Shown here: piece by piece, positions 6,953-15,374 of the stretch
How the letters are laid out: each line of letters begins with the position of its first letter
How positions within the stretch are numbered: the first letter of the stretch is position 1
IMG/VR virus record: IMGVR_UViG_2648501223_000008
DNA length: 24,087 nucleotides
Reading direction: 5' to 3' (one strand)
Source of the DNA: a virus
Lineage: Duplodnaviria; Heunggongvirae; Uroviricota; Caudoviricetes
The notes under the pieces: generated by a model
What the model was told of the DNA's origin: nothing
Seen by the model: only the letters and a program-made list of their open reading frames with translations
Database searches by the model: none
Position numbers and translations under genes: made by a program

Positions 6953-8902
6953 TCACCTTTTAAATGGAGAATACCCAACATCATGGGTGATTTTCATAAA
7001 GGGATCGCCTGTTTTCGGCAAATCGATAACGCGCATTCCAGGCGGCGCGTTGTCAAACGTCACCTTAAGTTCGCTGCGGGTTGCCGGTGAAGATGCAAGG
7101 CTTAACAGCTGATTCCTTTCCAGTGATACATTCGGGGTGTAGCGTTTATCGGGAGATAAATACCCATCACCACGTGGCATCTGCCATCCGGTCATGTCAT
7201 AGACAAAATCATGGAACTGTTTGCCCCACTCGTCGAACTTATCATTCAGACCAAATCCACTGTTCAGTGCATCAGCCACAAAATTTTTAACAAGCCAGGG
7301 ATGTTCTTTTTCAAACTCCTGCGCCATCATGCCCAGTTCAAGCAATCCACCAATCAGACTGATCTTTCCGAGGCCCTTTAATTTCAGCCCTGTTTTTCCT
7401 GCCGCCGTTGTCCATTGATTCTGGGCGACTGTTGCCGCACGAATACTTGCCACCGCCTTCACACCAATATACAGGGCAGAAACCGTTGCTATTGTTTTTA
7501 CTGCCTGTTCCCATCCCCCCATTGCTCTGACAACCTGATCAACCTCCTGCCAGACTTTTTTCACAACCGGACCGACCGTTTCCCAGTTATCAATTATGAG
7601 ATATGCACCACCGACGAGAAGCGCAATTAATCCCTTTGCCGGCGTCATATTCATCACGCTACCCATGATTTTTGTTATGCGTGTCAATGTGCCAATCGCC
7701 ACGCCCATCGTCAGTAATGCCGCACCAGTTTTCGCGATGGTTTTTACGACCTCAGGATTTTCTCTGACAAACGTGCGCACTTCTTCCAGAAAAGGCTTCA
7801 TCTCTTTTATGCCTTCATTGAGTGAAGGCAGGAAGGTTTCCCCCAGCGTGGAAGAAATCGCATTGATCTGGTTCTGCAGCAGCAACAACTGATTTTCTGT
7901 CGTCGCGGCACGGGCGGCATATTCTTTCTGCATTGAGCCGCCATACTGCTGCGCATCCGCCACACGATTAAAGTTGGTTCGCAACAAATCCAGATTCGTG
8001 AGCAGCGGCGCAATGGCCCCCAGGGATTCCTTCCCGAACAGCGCTTTCAGCACAGCAGCCTGTTTTTCTTTCGGCACTTTTGCCAGAGAATCCAGTACGT
8101 GCAGCATGGCCCCGCGGGCGTCTTTCTGCATATCCGCCGCCAGTTTTTTCGGGCTAATGCGCAACGAGCGGAGCACTTTTTTCTGCGATTTGGTGGCAGA
8201 ATCCCTCGCTGTCAGCGACAACATAAAATTCTTTATCCCCGTCGCAGCAATTTCTGACTCCACCCCCATTCCGGCAATGGTTGCCCCCATTGCGGCAATC
8301 TCTCCGGAGGCCACACCCGCAACACTGCCTAAAGGGCCAATACGGGTCACAACATCAGAAATCTTTTTCGCACTTGCAGGACCGGTATTGCCAAGATAGT
8401 TAATCTTATCCGCAAGCCCTGCCACCTCTCCCTGTGTCAGTTTAAAGGCAGTGCGCCACTGCGCCATCATCTGACCGGATTCTTCTGCCGTGGTGTCAAA
8501 GGCCACGCCCATCTTCACGGCATCGTCAGTAAACTGCATCAGCTCGTCACGGGCGATACCAGCCTGACCACCCGCCGCCACAATTTCGGCGATACCTTCC
8601 GCCGACATGGGCAGTTCTGTTGACAGGTCGCGCACCTGCTCCGTCATTGCCTTAAACGCTTCCGGCGTATCCAGACCATCCACCACTTTCCGGACATCCG
8701 CCATTTTTGATTCAAGGGCAATGGCAGATTTGACCGGGAGCGCCAGCGCCCCCAGTACTGCGGTTCCGGCACCCGCTGCGCCCAGTGACAGGCTGGCAAA
8801 CTCCTTTTTAAAACCTTTCAGCTGGCGCTGCATTCCCTTCAGCGGTGCCGATACCTTATCCACGGCAGTGATGATCGCCTTCAGCTGAAAACTGTCAGCC
8901 AT
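6953..8902 (-). CDS. Phage tail tape measure protein
   Basis: 649 aa, Ala/Gly-rich coiled-coil-like protein directly downstream of the frameshifted chaperone, as in contractile-tail modules. Confidence 0.85.
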   Translation of the reverse strand: MADSFQLKAIITAVDKVSAPLKGMQRQLKGFKKEFASLSLGAAGAGTAVLGALALPVKSAIALESKMADVRKVVDGLDTPEAFKAMTEQVRDLSTELPMSAEGIAEIVAAGGQAGIARDELMQFTDDAVKMGVAFDTTAEESGQMMAQWRTAFKLTQGEVAGLADKINYLGNTGPASAKKISDVVTRIGPLGSVAGVASGEIAAMGATIAGMGVESEIAATGIKNFMLSLTARDSATKSQKKVLRSLRISPKKLAADMQKDARGAMLHVLDSLAKVPKEKQAAVLKALFGKESLGAIAPLLTNLDLLRTNFNRVADAQQYGGSMQKEYAARAATTENQLLLLQNQINAISSTLGETFLPSLNEGIKEMKPFLEEVRTFVRENPEVVKTIAKTGAALLTMGVAIGTLTRITKIMGSVMNMTPAKGLIALLVGGAYLIIDNWETVGPVVKKVWQEVDQVVRAMGGWEQAVKTIATVSALYIGVKAVASIRAATVAQNQWTTAAGKTGLKLKGLGKISLIGGLLELGMMAQEFEKEHPWLVKNFVADALNSGFGLNDKFDEWGKQFHDFVYDMTGWQMPRGDGYLSPDKRYTPNVSLERNQLLSLASSPATRSELKVTFDNAPPGMRVIDLPKTGDPFMKITHDVGYSPFKR

Positions 8903-9059
8903 GCTTCATCTCCTCGTTAATGCGGACGGCCTCGGCTTCCAGTTCTGTAAACTGCGAAACAGCCACCCGTCGCAGCTCCAGTGGATTCAGTTTCCAGAAC
9001 CAGGCAACATTGTAGAGTCGTTTCCGGAGGTGCTTCCCGTCTCCGACTGGGTAAAAAAA
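8895..9059 (-). other. Programmed -1 frameshift site and -1-frame extension of the tail chaperone
   Basis: slippery run ttttttt (minus strand, 9053-9059); the -1 frame then stays open for 54 codons (YPVGDGKHLRKRLYNVAWFWKLNPLELRRVAVSQFTELEAEAVRINEEMKHG) and stops at a TGA overlapping the tape measure ATG. Confidence 0.6.
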
Positions 9060-9322
9060 CGCAGGATCTGCATGCTGGTCTTAAAAATATCCAGTTTTGC
9101 CATCTGCGCCGCCGATGAACACGGGATCCCCGCCAGCAACGGGATATATTTCAGTGCCACCTGGCTGTCCAGTTTAATACTGCCTTCACCGGAAATAATG
9201 AAAGGAAAACCCAGCGCCTCGATTTCGTCATACGTGGGCTCGCGCAACTCCAGCACATGCAGCATTTCGTTATGCGCTGTCACCGGTTTTTTTAAAACTA
9301 TTTCTGTAACGTTCATTGCCAT
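8987..9322 (-). CDS. Tail assembly chaperone (zero-frame product)
   Basis: 111-aa ORF between tube and tape measure genes; contains a T7 slippery run near its 3' end. Confidence 0.6.
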   Translation of the reverse strand: MAMNVTEIVLKKPVTAHNEMLHVLELREPTYDEIEALGFPFIISGEGSIKLDSQVALKYIPLLAGIPCSSAAQMAKLDIFKTSMQILRFFTQSETGSTSGNDSTMLPGSGN

Positions 9323-9678
9323 TACTGATACCCTCCCTCTTCGCCGTGGAATTCAAGATCTGCCGTGCCTTCTTCGGCATTATGATTAGCCTCTCCGTGC
9401 AGCCATGCCGCCGAAAGCACATACACCATGCCGTTTGCCAGCTCAGCGGTAATCGTCATCTGGTCTGAGGTGGTAATTTTGTCGACCGGAAAGTTTTTGG
9501 GCACTTTAAACGTGCCCTTAACGTAAGGTGACCGCCAGGTCTCCTTGTAATCCACATCCCCTGCCATGCCGACGATGTCATCCCGGACATTGGTGTTCAT
9601 CGGCACTTCAATGCCACCTGTCAGCGATAACTGCTGACCATCCACTTTAAAAAAACAGGTTCCGGCGATCTTTGCCAT
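9322..9678 (-). CDS. Phage tail tube protein (Mu gpM-like by size and position)
   Basis: 118 aa, immediately downstream of and overlapping the sheath gene. Confidence 0.6.
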   Translation of the reverse strand: MAKIAGTCFFKVDGQQLSLTGGIEVPMNTNVRDDIVGMAGDVDYKETWRSPYVKGTFKVPKNFPVDKITTSDQMTITAELANGMVYVLSAAWLHGEANHNAEEGTADLEFHGEEGGYQ

Positions 9679-11174
9679 TATGCTGACTCCTCTGAATACT
9701 GAAGACGGAACTGGTTAACCACCGCAAAGACACGTAACTGATTAACATAATCCGGCGGGAACAGCGTATTCAGTCGGTTCGGGTTATCTGCATCACGCTC
9801 AACTATCAGATACTGTTTAAACAGATCGTAATTTTCCACAATACCGGCACGCTCCATCTGACGATATGTCGCCAGAAGTTCCCCTTTGATAACGGCAGGA
9901 GTGACAATCGCCTGCCCCGGACCAAAACGGGTACCATCATTTGCCAGCTTGTGACGTCCGTACTTGCTTGTGATGACCGATTTCAGTTTGCGAAGAACAT
10001 ATGCACTGGTATGCAGAGTTTCACTGTCCAGATAGCTGTTGTCTGCCACGCCATACGCATTCTTTTTGTAGGTGGTTACGGAACGCTGGATCTGCAACGT
10101 GCCGCCTTCCACATAAGCCGTCGCCACGCCGTGAGATAAAAGGGTCTGCTGCTCTGTCATGATGAATCGCTTACCTTTCGGTGCCGGAAGCATCCCCACC
10201 AGCTCCCCCGTCTGTGTCGGACGGGCAGGATCATTCCGGATAAATACCGCTTCACGGGCAAGGCGACTGGCAACCAGTTCATCGACAGGCGACTGGGTTT
10301 CTTTTTCGTAACCGGCAAGCGTGATATGTTGCTGATTATGCATATCTCCGGCACCAACCAGCTCTGACAGCGTTCCCAGTTTTGCGGTATAGACATGCCC
10401 GTATAACTGGCGCGCATAACTCCAGCGACCGCTGCTGTCATTCATTTCGGTCATCATCATATTGATGGAGGCGGCATCGTTGAACGGCAGACCGATAAAG
10501 TCGAATGCCTCATCGCCCATAGCAGCAACAGCGGCGGTAAGATCAGGCGCTCCGCTACCGGCAGCACCGACTTCCGTCACCACCCGAAGCCCTGCTGGCA
10601 AAATCTCACCACCACCAGAACCATAATAATTCAGACAGACCGGTAACTCATTACCATACAGCCCCTTATGACGGGCAGTCAGCGTCACCACGCCTGCATC
10701 AGATGACGCCGTAAACGGCAGGGTGATAACCCCGTTTACCGCTTCCTTAATCGCGGTGGCAACCGCAGTGGCATCATCGCCATTCACCACAGGCACCTGT
10801 ACACGGGAGCGCCCGACATACAGACTCAGGGTGCCGCTTTCCTCTGCTTCTCCGGCAACCGTCACCCTGACCGTCGCCGCCGCCCCTCTGGCTTCCGGTA
10901 CTGCAATAACATACAGTTCACCGAAAGGATCTGTCTGACGGTAGACTTCCACCATACGCGCCAGCTGGCTCCCCGCCCCACAAATCTGGCGGGCATAATC
11001 TGCCGATGGCATCAGCACCAGGCTGTTAACCTCAATGGCTGCATCGTTGCTGGCATGCCCGATCAGTAATGCAGGCGCGCTGGTCACCGCTGTATTTGCC
11101 GCAGAATTGTTCATCTCGGCGTAGAACAACGGCACCAGCGTATTCGACGGAACAGTATTAAAACTTATCGTCAT
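9678..11174 (-). CDS. Phage contractile tail sheath protein
   Basis: 498 aa, size and gene order (sheath-tube-chaperone-tape measure) typical of Mu-like tail modules; start ATG overlaps the stop of the upstream small ORF (ATGA). Confidence 0.75.
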   Translation of the reverse strand: MTISFNTVPSNTLVPLFYAEMNNSAANTAVTSAPALLIGHASNDAAIEVNSLVLMPSADYARQICGAGSQLARMVEVYRQTDPFGELYVIAVPEARGAAATVRVTVAGEAEESGTLSLYVGRSRVQVPVVNGDDATAVATAIKEAVNGVITLPFTASSDAGVVTLTARHKGLYGNELPVCLNYYGSGGGEILPAGLRVVTEVGAAGSGAPDLTAAVAAMGDEAFDFIGLPFNDAASINMMMTEMNDSSGRWSYARQLYGHVYTAKLGTLSELVGAGDMHNQQHITLAGYEKETQSPVDELVASRLAREAVFIRNDPARPTQTGELVGMLPAPKGKRFIMTEQQTLLSHGVATAYVEGGTLQIQRSVTTYKKNAYGVADNSYLDSETLHTSAYVLRKLKSVITSKYGRHKLANDGTRFGPGQAIVTPAVIKGELLATYRQMERAGIVENYDLFKQYLIVERDADNPNRLNTLFPPDYVNQLRVFAVVNQFRLQYSEESA

Positions 11175-11332
11175 GATTTTTTAGCCTTATCCTGTTTAAC
11201 ACGTACCACATCACCCGCCGCTATACGGCGGAACCAGTAGCTGCTTTCTTCCACATTTCGCCCTTCGGAAGGCAAAAGGTCTCCACGGGCAGGGTCAGGA
11301 ACCGACCGCCCTTTCAGGGGTTTCACAAACAT
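11171..11332 (-). CDS. Small phage protein (53 aa), translationally coupled to the sheath gene
   Basis: ORF MFVKPLKGRSVPDPARGDLLPSEGRNVEESSYWFRRIAAGDVVRVKQDKAKKS, below the 60-aa cutoff of the supplied track; its stop overlaps the sheath ATG. Confidence 0.45.
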   Translation of the reverse strand: MFVKPLKGRSVPDPARGDLLPSEGRNVEESSYWFRRIAAGDVVRVKQDKAKKS

Positions 11333-11341
11333 GAGGGACTC

Positions 11342-11682
11342 TTAATTCTGAGGGAAACGCATTTCCAGATGGTGCTCAATGTCACCATCCGGGCCAGTAC
11401 CAGGATCGATGTAATCCACATCAATACTCAGCAGGGATAAATCCGGCAGGGCATTCACGTCCTCTGCCTGTCGCGTGTCTTCTTCCGTGATTTCATACTT
11501 CGCCGTAAAATCAAACTGGTAATACAGTTCGTAACGGTTCAGATCCAGCAGGGTGCCACCGACATAAACAATCTCGCCCCCTTGCGGGTCCGGCATCCAT
11601 CCAAGCAGGGCTTTCCAGAGTTCTCTCCGGACATCATGAACGGCGTCATAGGCTGCCCACTGCCCTTTTTCATCACGCTCAT
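11342..11682 (-). pseudogene. Phage structural gene, 3' fragment truncated by IS600
   Basis: the reading frame begins at the IS600 end (11683); the first 5 residues of the track ORF (MPVHL) are encoded by IS600. Confidence 0.5.
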
Positions 11683-11725
11683 TGAGGTGTACTGGCAATA
11701 GCGGACACTACCATTTATTCTTTTT

Positions 11726-12544
11726 TTAAGCAGCCATCTGATGATATTTTTCCCTGAAGGCTGCCGGGGAGATATTCCCCAGACGAGAGTGACGACGCTG
11801 ACGATTGTAGAAAATCTCAATGTATTCCCGTATTACTGAGATGGCTTCATCCCGGTTATTAAAACGATAGTGGCTCAGGCTCTCATTTTTCAGCGTTCCC
11901 CAGAAGCTTTCCATCGGAGCGTTGTCGTAACAGTTACCTTTACGCGACATTGATGTTTTCAGACCAGACTGCTCCTGTATGACCCGGTAATCGTATGCGC
12001 AGTACTGTGAACCTCGATCAGAGTGGTGGATTAGCCCGGCAGGTGGGCGCTGGCTCCTGAGCGCCATAAACAGGGCTTTACCTGTCAGCTCTTTTGTCAT
12101 GCGCTCTCCCATGGCGTAGCCGACAATTTCGCACGTATAAACATCTTTGATGCCAGCGAGGTACAACCATCCCTCCTGTGTGGCAACATACGTCAGGTCC
12201 GCCACCCAGACCTGATTTGGTGCTGTAGGAGCGAACGTCTGGTTCAGCAGATTTGGCGCAACTGGCAGATTGTGGTTCGGGTTCGTAGTCGCTCTGAACT
12301 TGCGTTTCTGCTTACAGCGTAGCCTCAGCTCCTTACGAAGACGTGCCAGTCGGTCACGACCAACGATGATGCCATTCTCTGCCAGCTCCGTCTGGAGCCG
12401 CCGGGTTCCATATGTTTCGCGAGTGCGGATATGTGCCACCTTAATCTCCGGTTTTAGCCGCTCATCACTTTGTTTTCTGTCTGAGGGTTCATGCTGTACC
12501 CAGTTGTAATAACCGCTCCTGGATACACCAAATACCTGACACAT
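11726..12544 (-). CDS. IS600 OrfB transposase
   Basis: 272 aa, IS3-family DDE transposase. Confidence 0.9.
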   Translation of the reverse strand: MCQVFGVSRSGYYNWVQHEPSDRKQSDERLKPEIKVAHIRTRETYGTRRLQTELAENGIIVGRDRLARLRKELRLRCKQKRKFRATTNPNHNLPVAPNLLNQTFAPTAPNQVWVADLTYVATQEGWLYLAGIKDVYTCEIVGYAMGERMTKELTGKALFMALRSQRPPAGLIHHSDRGSQYCAYDYRVIQEQSGLKTSMSRKGNCYDNAPMESFWGTLKNESLSHYRFNNRDEAISVIREYIEIFYNRQRRHSRLGNISPAAFREKYHQMAA

Positions 12545-12579
12545 CGCTTCAATGGGAAATTGTTGTCGCCATTGTTCGA

Positions 12580-12882
12580 TTAACGCGTATTTTTCAGCGA
12601 CTCCTGTGCAAAATACGCTGTTGCTTTTTTTAATATATCTCGCTCAAGGCGAGCTTCATTTAACGCCTTACGCAGTTGCAGAATTTCAGATTCCAGTTCA
12701 GCCACCGTGCGGGAACCAGGAGTACCGAGCCCTTTTCTGGCGGCGGTAACCCATTGTCCTAAAGTGCCTTCAGGAAGAGATAATCGGGAAGCGCCTTCAC
12801 TGATCGAAAGTTGATTTTCAAGAACCGTTCTGACAGCTTCGGCTTTGAACTCTTTAGAGTAACGTTGGGTTTTTCTGCTCAT
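12580..12882 (-). CDS. IS600 OrfA (HTH/leucine-zipper transposase subunit)
   Basis: 100 aa MSRKTQRYSKEFKAEAVRTVLENQ...; slippery A7 near its 3' end. Confidence 0.9.
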   Translation of the reverse strand: MSRKTQRYSKEFKAEAVRTVLENQLSISEGASRLSLPEGTLGQWVTAARKGLGTPGSRTVAELESEILQLRKALNEARLERDILKKATAYFAQESLKNTR

Positions 12883-12946
12883 TATTAGCTCCTTCTGATG
12901 CCATTCTATTTCAGGAAGGAGTGTCCGTTAAACTCAGGCTACCTCA

Positions 12947-13594
12947 ATGTTCCATATATTTGCTGACCAGGATCCGTGCAAGTAACCCTGCACTGGCATA
13001 ACCGCGTTCGATCGGTTTAGGAGGAAGTGGTGCCTGAACGATGACATCACACCGGCTACAGGCCAGTTTGGGACGTATGGTTTCGATAACTTTAAAGGCG
13101 GTATTAATGATATCCAGTTGCTCTGAGATTGTTTCCCCCATTTCTTTCAGAACACCTCCACAGGCCGGGCAACTGGTTTCAGCAGGCAGAAGGCGATGTG
13201 TCTCCCGGGGAAGTTCTGCCGGCAGCGGTTTTCGTGAAGATTTTCGTCCCGGGGATTCAGGCTTACTGGCGATCGGGTTTTCTGACGGGGGACTGGTGTC
13301 AGGTGAATCTGTGACTGACGATGCATCTTCCAGAAGATTTCTGGCTGTGTTCAGCCGGTTTTCCAGTTCCGACAGTCGTTTTTCTGCCTGTCGGATCTGA
13401 TTTTCAAGCTTATGACGCTTTTTCTCTGAACTCTGGCCGAACAACATACGACGCAACCTGTCGAGTTGCGCTTTCAGCCGTTCAATTTCCTGCTCATAGC
13501 CCGCGACCTGACAGGCATACTGTCGAAGCCGACTCTGTTGCTTACGCAACATGGCTTTAAGCAGCTCAATATCATCGGGGAGTTCATTGTTCAT
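12947..13594 (-). pseudogene. IS66-family transposase TnpC, N-terminal fragment
   Basis: MNNELPDDIELLKAMLRKQQ... leucine zipper, CPACGG zinc-finger motif, ends ...LLARILVSKYMEH at the IS600 junction. Confidence 0.75.
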
Positions 13595-13941
13595 TCCCTT
13601 GTTTTATCACGGGTTATATCCGGATGCCAGGCCGTTCTGTCCGTTTGGGATGTTGCCACGCGATCCCCTCCAGTAGCATGGATAACTGAGCTGGCGTCAG
13701 GTGCACTTTCCCTTCCCGGGTCACCGGCCAGACGTTTGGCGAACAGGCATAACCCGTCACGATCGGCCCACAGTATTTTCACCATTTTGCCACTGCGGCC
13801 CCGGAAGACGAAGATATGCCCGGAGAACGGGTCATCTTTCAGCGTGTTCTGCACCTTCGAAGCCAGGCCATTGAAGCCACAACGCATATCTGTGATGCCA
13901 GCGATGATCCAGATTTTGGTACCGGTCGGCAGCGTTATCAT
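13591..13941 (-). pseudogene. IS66-family orf2 (TnpB), probably frameshifted
   Basis: N-terminus MITLPTGTKIWIIAGITDMRCGFNGLASKVQ...ILWADRDGLCLFAKRL is TnpB-like; after FAKRL the conserved continuation WPVTREGKVHLTPAQLSMLLEGIAWQHPKRTERPGIRI is in a different frame. Confidence 0.55.
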
Positions 13942-14612
13942 CGGATACCCCCTTTCATTTCGCGGATTAGCGCCCGTAACAGTTCCGGAGTGAGAGGGTC
14001 AAACAGTTTTACCACACCTGATTTAAGATGCAGCTCGCACCGTGGGACGTTTCCGGGAGCCCCCTCAGGGCGCTCATCATGCTTGTTACGCCAGAAGGGA
14101 TTTGTAACTGGTCTGGTCGGCTCCGGCGTATCAGTCAGTGCCACCGGGACAGGCATGCATTCCTGTATGTCATCATCGCTCAGTAAGCCGTCCTCGTACT
14201 GGCTTTTCCATTTAAACAGCAGGTTATCATTGATATCGTGTTCTCTGGCGATCCGGGCAACAACAGCCCCAGGCTGTAACGCCTGCTTAGCCAGACGGAC
14301 CTTAAATTCACGGCTATAGCTGGTTCGCCGTTCTTTTCGCCATGAGCCTTCTCTGATTTGAGGCTCTGTTAATTCCTTCTTTCTGTTGGCATAAAGGATG
14401 GCGTCAAGTTGAGCGAATGAAACTGAATCGGGCAATGGCCATGCGATACCGGATGCAAGAAATCGCTGAAAAAGCGTATGTATTGTGGAATGACTGAGAC
14501 CCAGACGCTGAGCGATGGCCCGGATGGTCAGTTTATCTTCAAATCTTAAACGCAGGGCATCAGGCAAATAAGAACGGAAGCAGGGAATATCTTTTGTTGT
14601 CTGGGAATTCAT
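13938..14612 (-). CDS. IS66-family accessory protein orf1 (TnpA-like, two HTH segments)
   Basis: 224 aa; C-terminal part RRTSYSREFKVRLAKQALQPGAVVARIAREHDINDNLLFKWKSQY resembles IS66 orf1. Confidence 0.6.
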   Translation of the reverse strand: MNSQTTKDIPCFRSYLPDALRLRFEDKLTIRAIAQRLGLSHSTIHTLFQRFLASGIAWPLPDSVSFAQLDAILYANRKKELTEPQIREGSWRKERRTSYSREFKVRLAKQALQPGAVVARIAREHDINDNLLFKWKSQYEDGLLSDDDIQECMPVPVALTDTPEPTRPVTNPFWRNKHDERPEGAPGNVPRCELHLKSGVVKLFDPLTPELLRALIREMKGGIR

Positions 14613-14710
14613 CGTTCGTGTCCATCAATATAGATGGGCGCGATTGTTGCCAGACAGGACAATTTTCACAAGACGTCGCTGATGGGGCGCTTACCGTAAT
14701 GATGGCGACA

Positions 14711-14926
14711 TTATTCACCTCTCGCAGCCTTACGCTTGTCTTCTCTGATTTTGAAGTACAGATTTGTCAGATAAGTCAGGAAGCCCAGAACCAGACTCCC
14801 CAGTACACCAATCGCAGCCCACTGTGACGGACTGACCTGATCAAGCCACTGTAAAAACCAGTAGCCAGCACTGCCTGCGGAGGTGCCGTAGGCAATGCCC
14901 GTTGAAATTTTGTCCATGGATTTCAT
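14711..14926 (-). CDS. Phage holin, S21/EssD-like pinholin with dual start
   Basis: 71 aa [71 protein letters not shown]; Met1 and Met4 dual-start motif; no endolysin follows, the IS66 end lies 16 bp downstream. Confidence 0.85.
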   Translation of the reverse strand: MKSMDKISTGIAYGTSAGSAGYWFLQWLDQVSPSQWAAIGVLGSLVLGFLTYLTNLYFKIREDKRKAARGE

Positions 14927-14985
14927 AGCCTCACCTCCGCAAATAACGGATGGCGTAGTTTTACACTGAGAAATGAAAGGGATTT

Positions 14986-15012
14986 GAAAAGAAAAAACCG
15001 CAAAAGCGGGCG
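14986..15012 (-). terminator. Weak terminator-like hairpin upstream of the holin gene
   Basis: minus strand ccgc-tttt-gcgg followed by ttttttctttt; short stem, so marginal. Confidence 0.3.
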
Positions 15013-15087
15013 AAACGATATATACAATAAGGAAAGCACTCTATCCAACAAACCACTCACAGTTAATCGGAATAAAAGCAGAGTGCT

Positions 15088-15158
15088 TATGAATGATCGC
15101 CTGCCCGAAGGTTAGTATTTCTGCACAGCAATTTTGCAAAAAAAAGCGATCATTCATA
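15088..15158. repeat. Perfect 13-bp inverted repeat with 45-bp spacer
   Basis: tatgaatgatcgc (15088-15100) and gcgatcattcata (15146-15158); lies between the tRNA cluster and the holin gene. Confidence 0.8.
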
Positions 15159-15218
15159 ACTTAAACGTCTTTCAGTCACTCCGGGATTTCCCATCATCGC
15201 AGACTGAAAGACTCTGAC

Positions 15219-15293
<75 letters not shown>

Positions 15294-15296
15294 ATA

Positions 15297-15372
<76 letters not shown>

Positions 15373-15374
15373 AC

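Larger units (their letters stand above)
11683..12946 (-). mobile_element. IS600 (IS3 family), complete 1264-bp copy
   Basis: imperfect terminal inverted repeats tgaggtgtactggcaatagcggacac (11683) and gtgtccgttaaactcaggctacctca (ends 12946); orfA and orfB; A7 slippery run at 12625-12631 for the OrfAB fusion; flanks cat and atg give no 3-bp target duplication. Confidence 0.9.
12947..14694 (-). mobile_element. IS66-family element, left part only (right part replaced by IS600)
   Basis: left inverted repeat gtaagcgccccatcagcgacgtcttgtg (reverse-complemented, ends 14694); three-ORF IS66 organisation; tnpC cut at the IS600 junction. Confidence 0.75.

Noticed and set aside
6937-6957. MxiE-box-like T7 tract upstream of the lipoprotein gene (minus strand gagttctttttttgtgg)
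   Set aside because: Only about 10 of 16 defined positions match GTATCGTTTTTTTANAG, and the conserved GTATCG block is not preserved, so co-regulation with ipaH is not supported by sequence.
7081-8888. Several plus-strand ORFs (63-141 aa) inside the tape measure gene
   Set aside because: Antisense to a long, well-supported CDS, with no ribosome-binding sites or recognisable motifs; typical shadow ORFs in a GC-rich gene.
13041-14319. Plus-strand ORFs inside the IS66-family element
   Set aside because: Antisense to recognisable IS66 orf1, orf2 and orf3.
14927-15218. Possible Shiga-toxin or other toxin cargo between the tRNAs and the holin gene
   Set aside because: No ORF of meaningful length on either strand; the slot is non-coding here.
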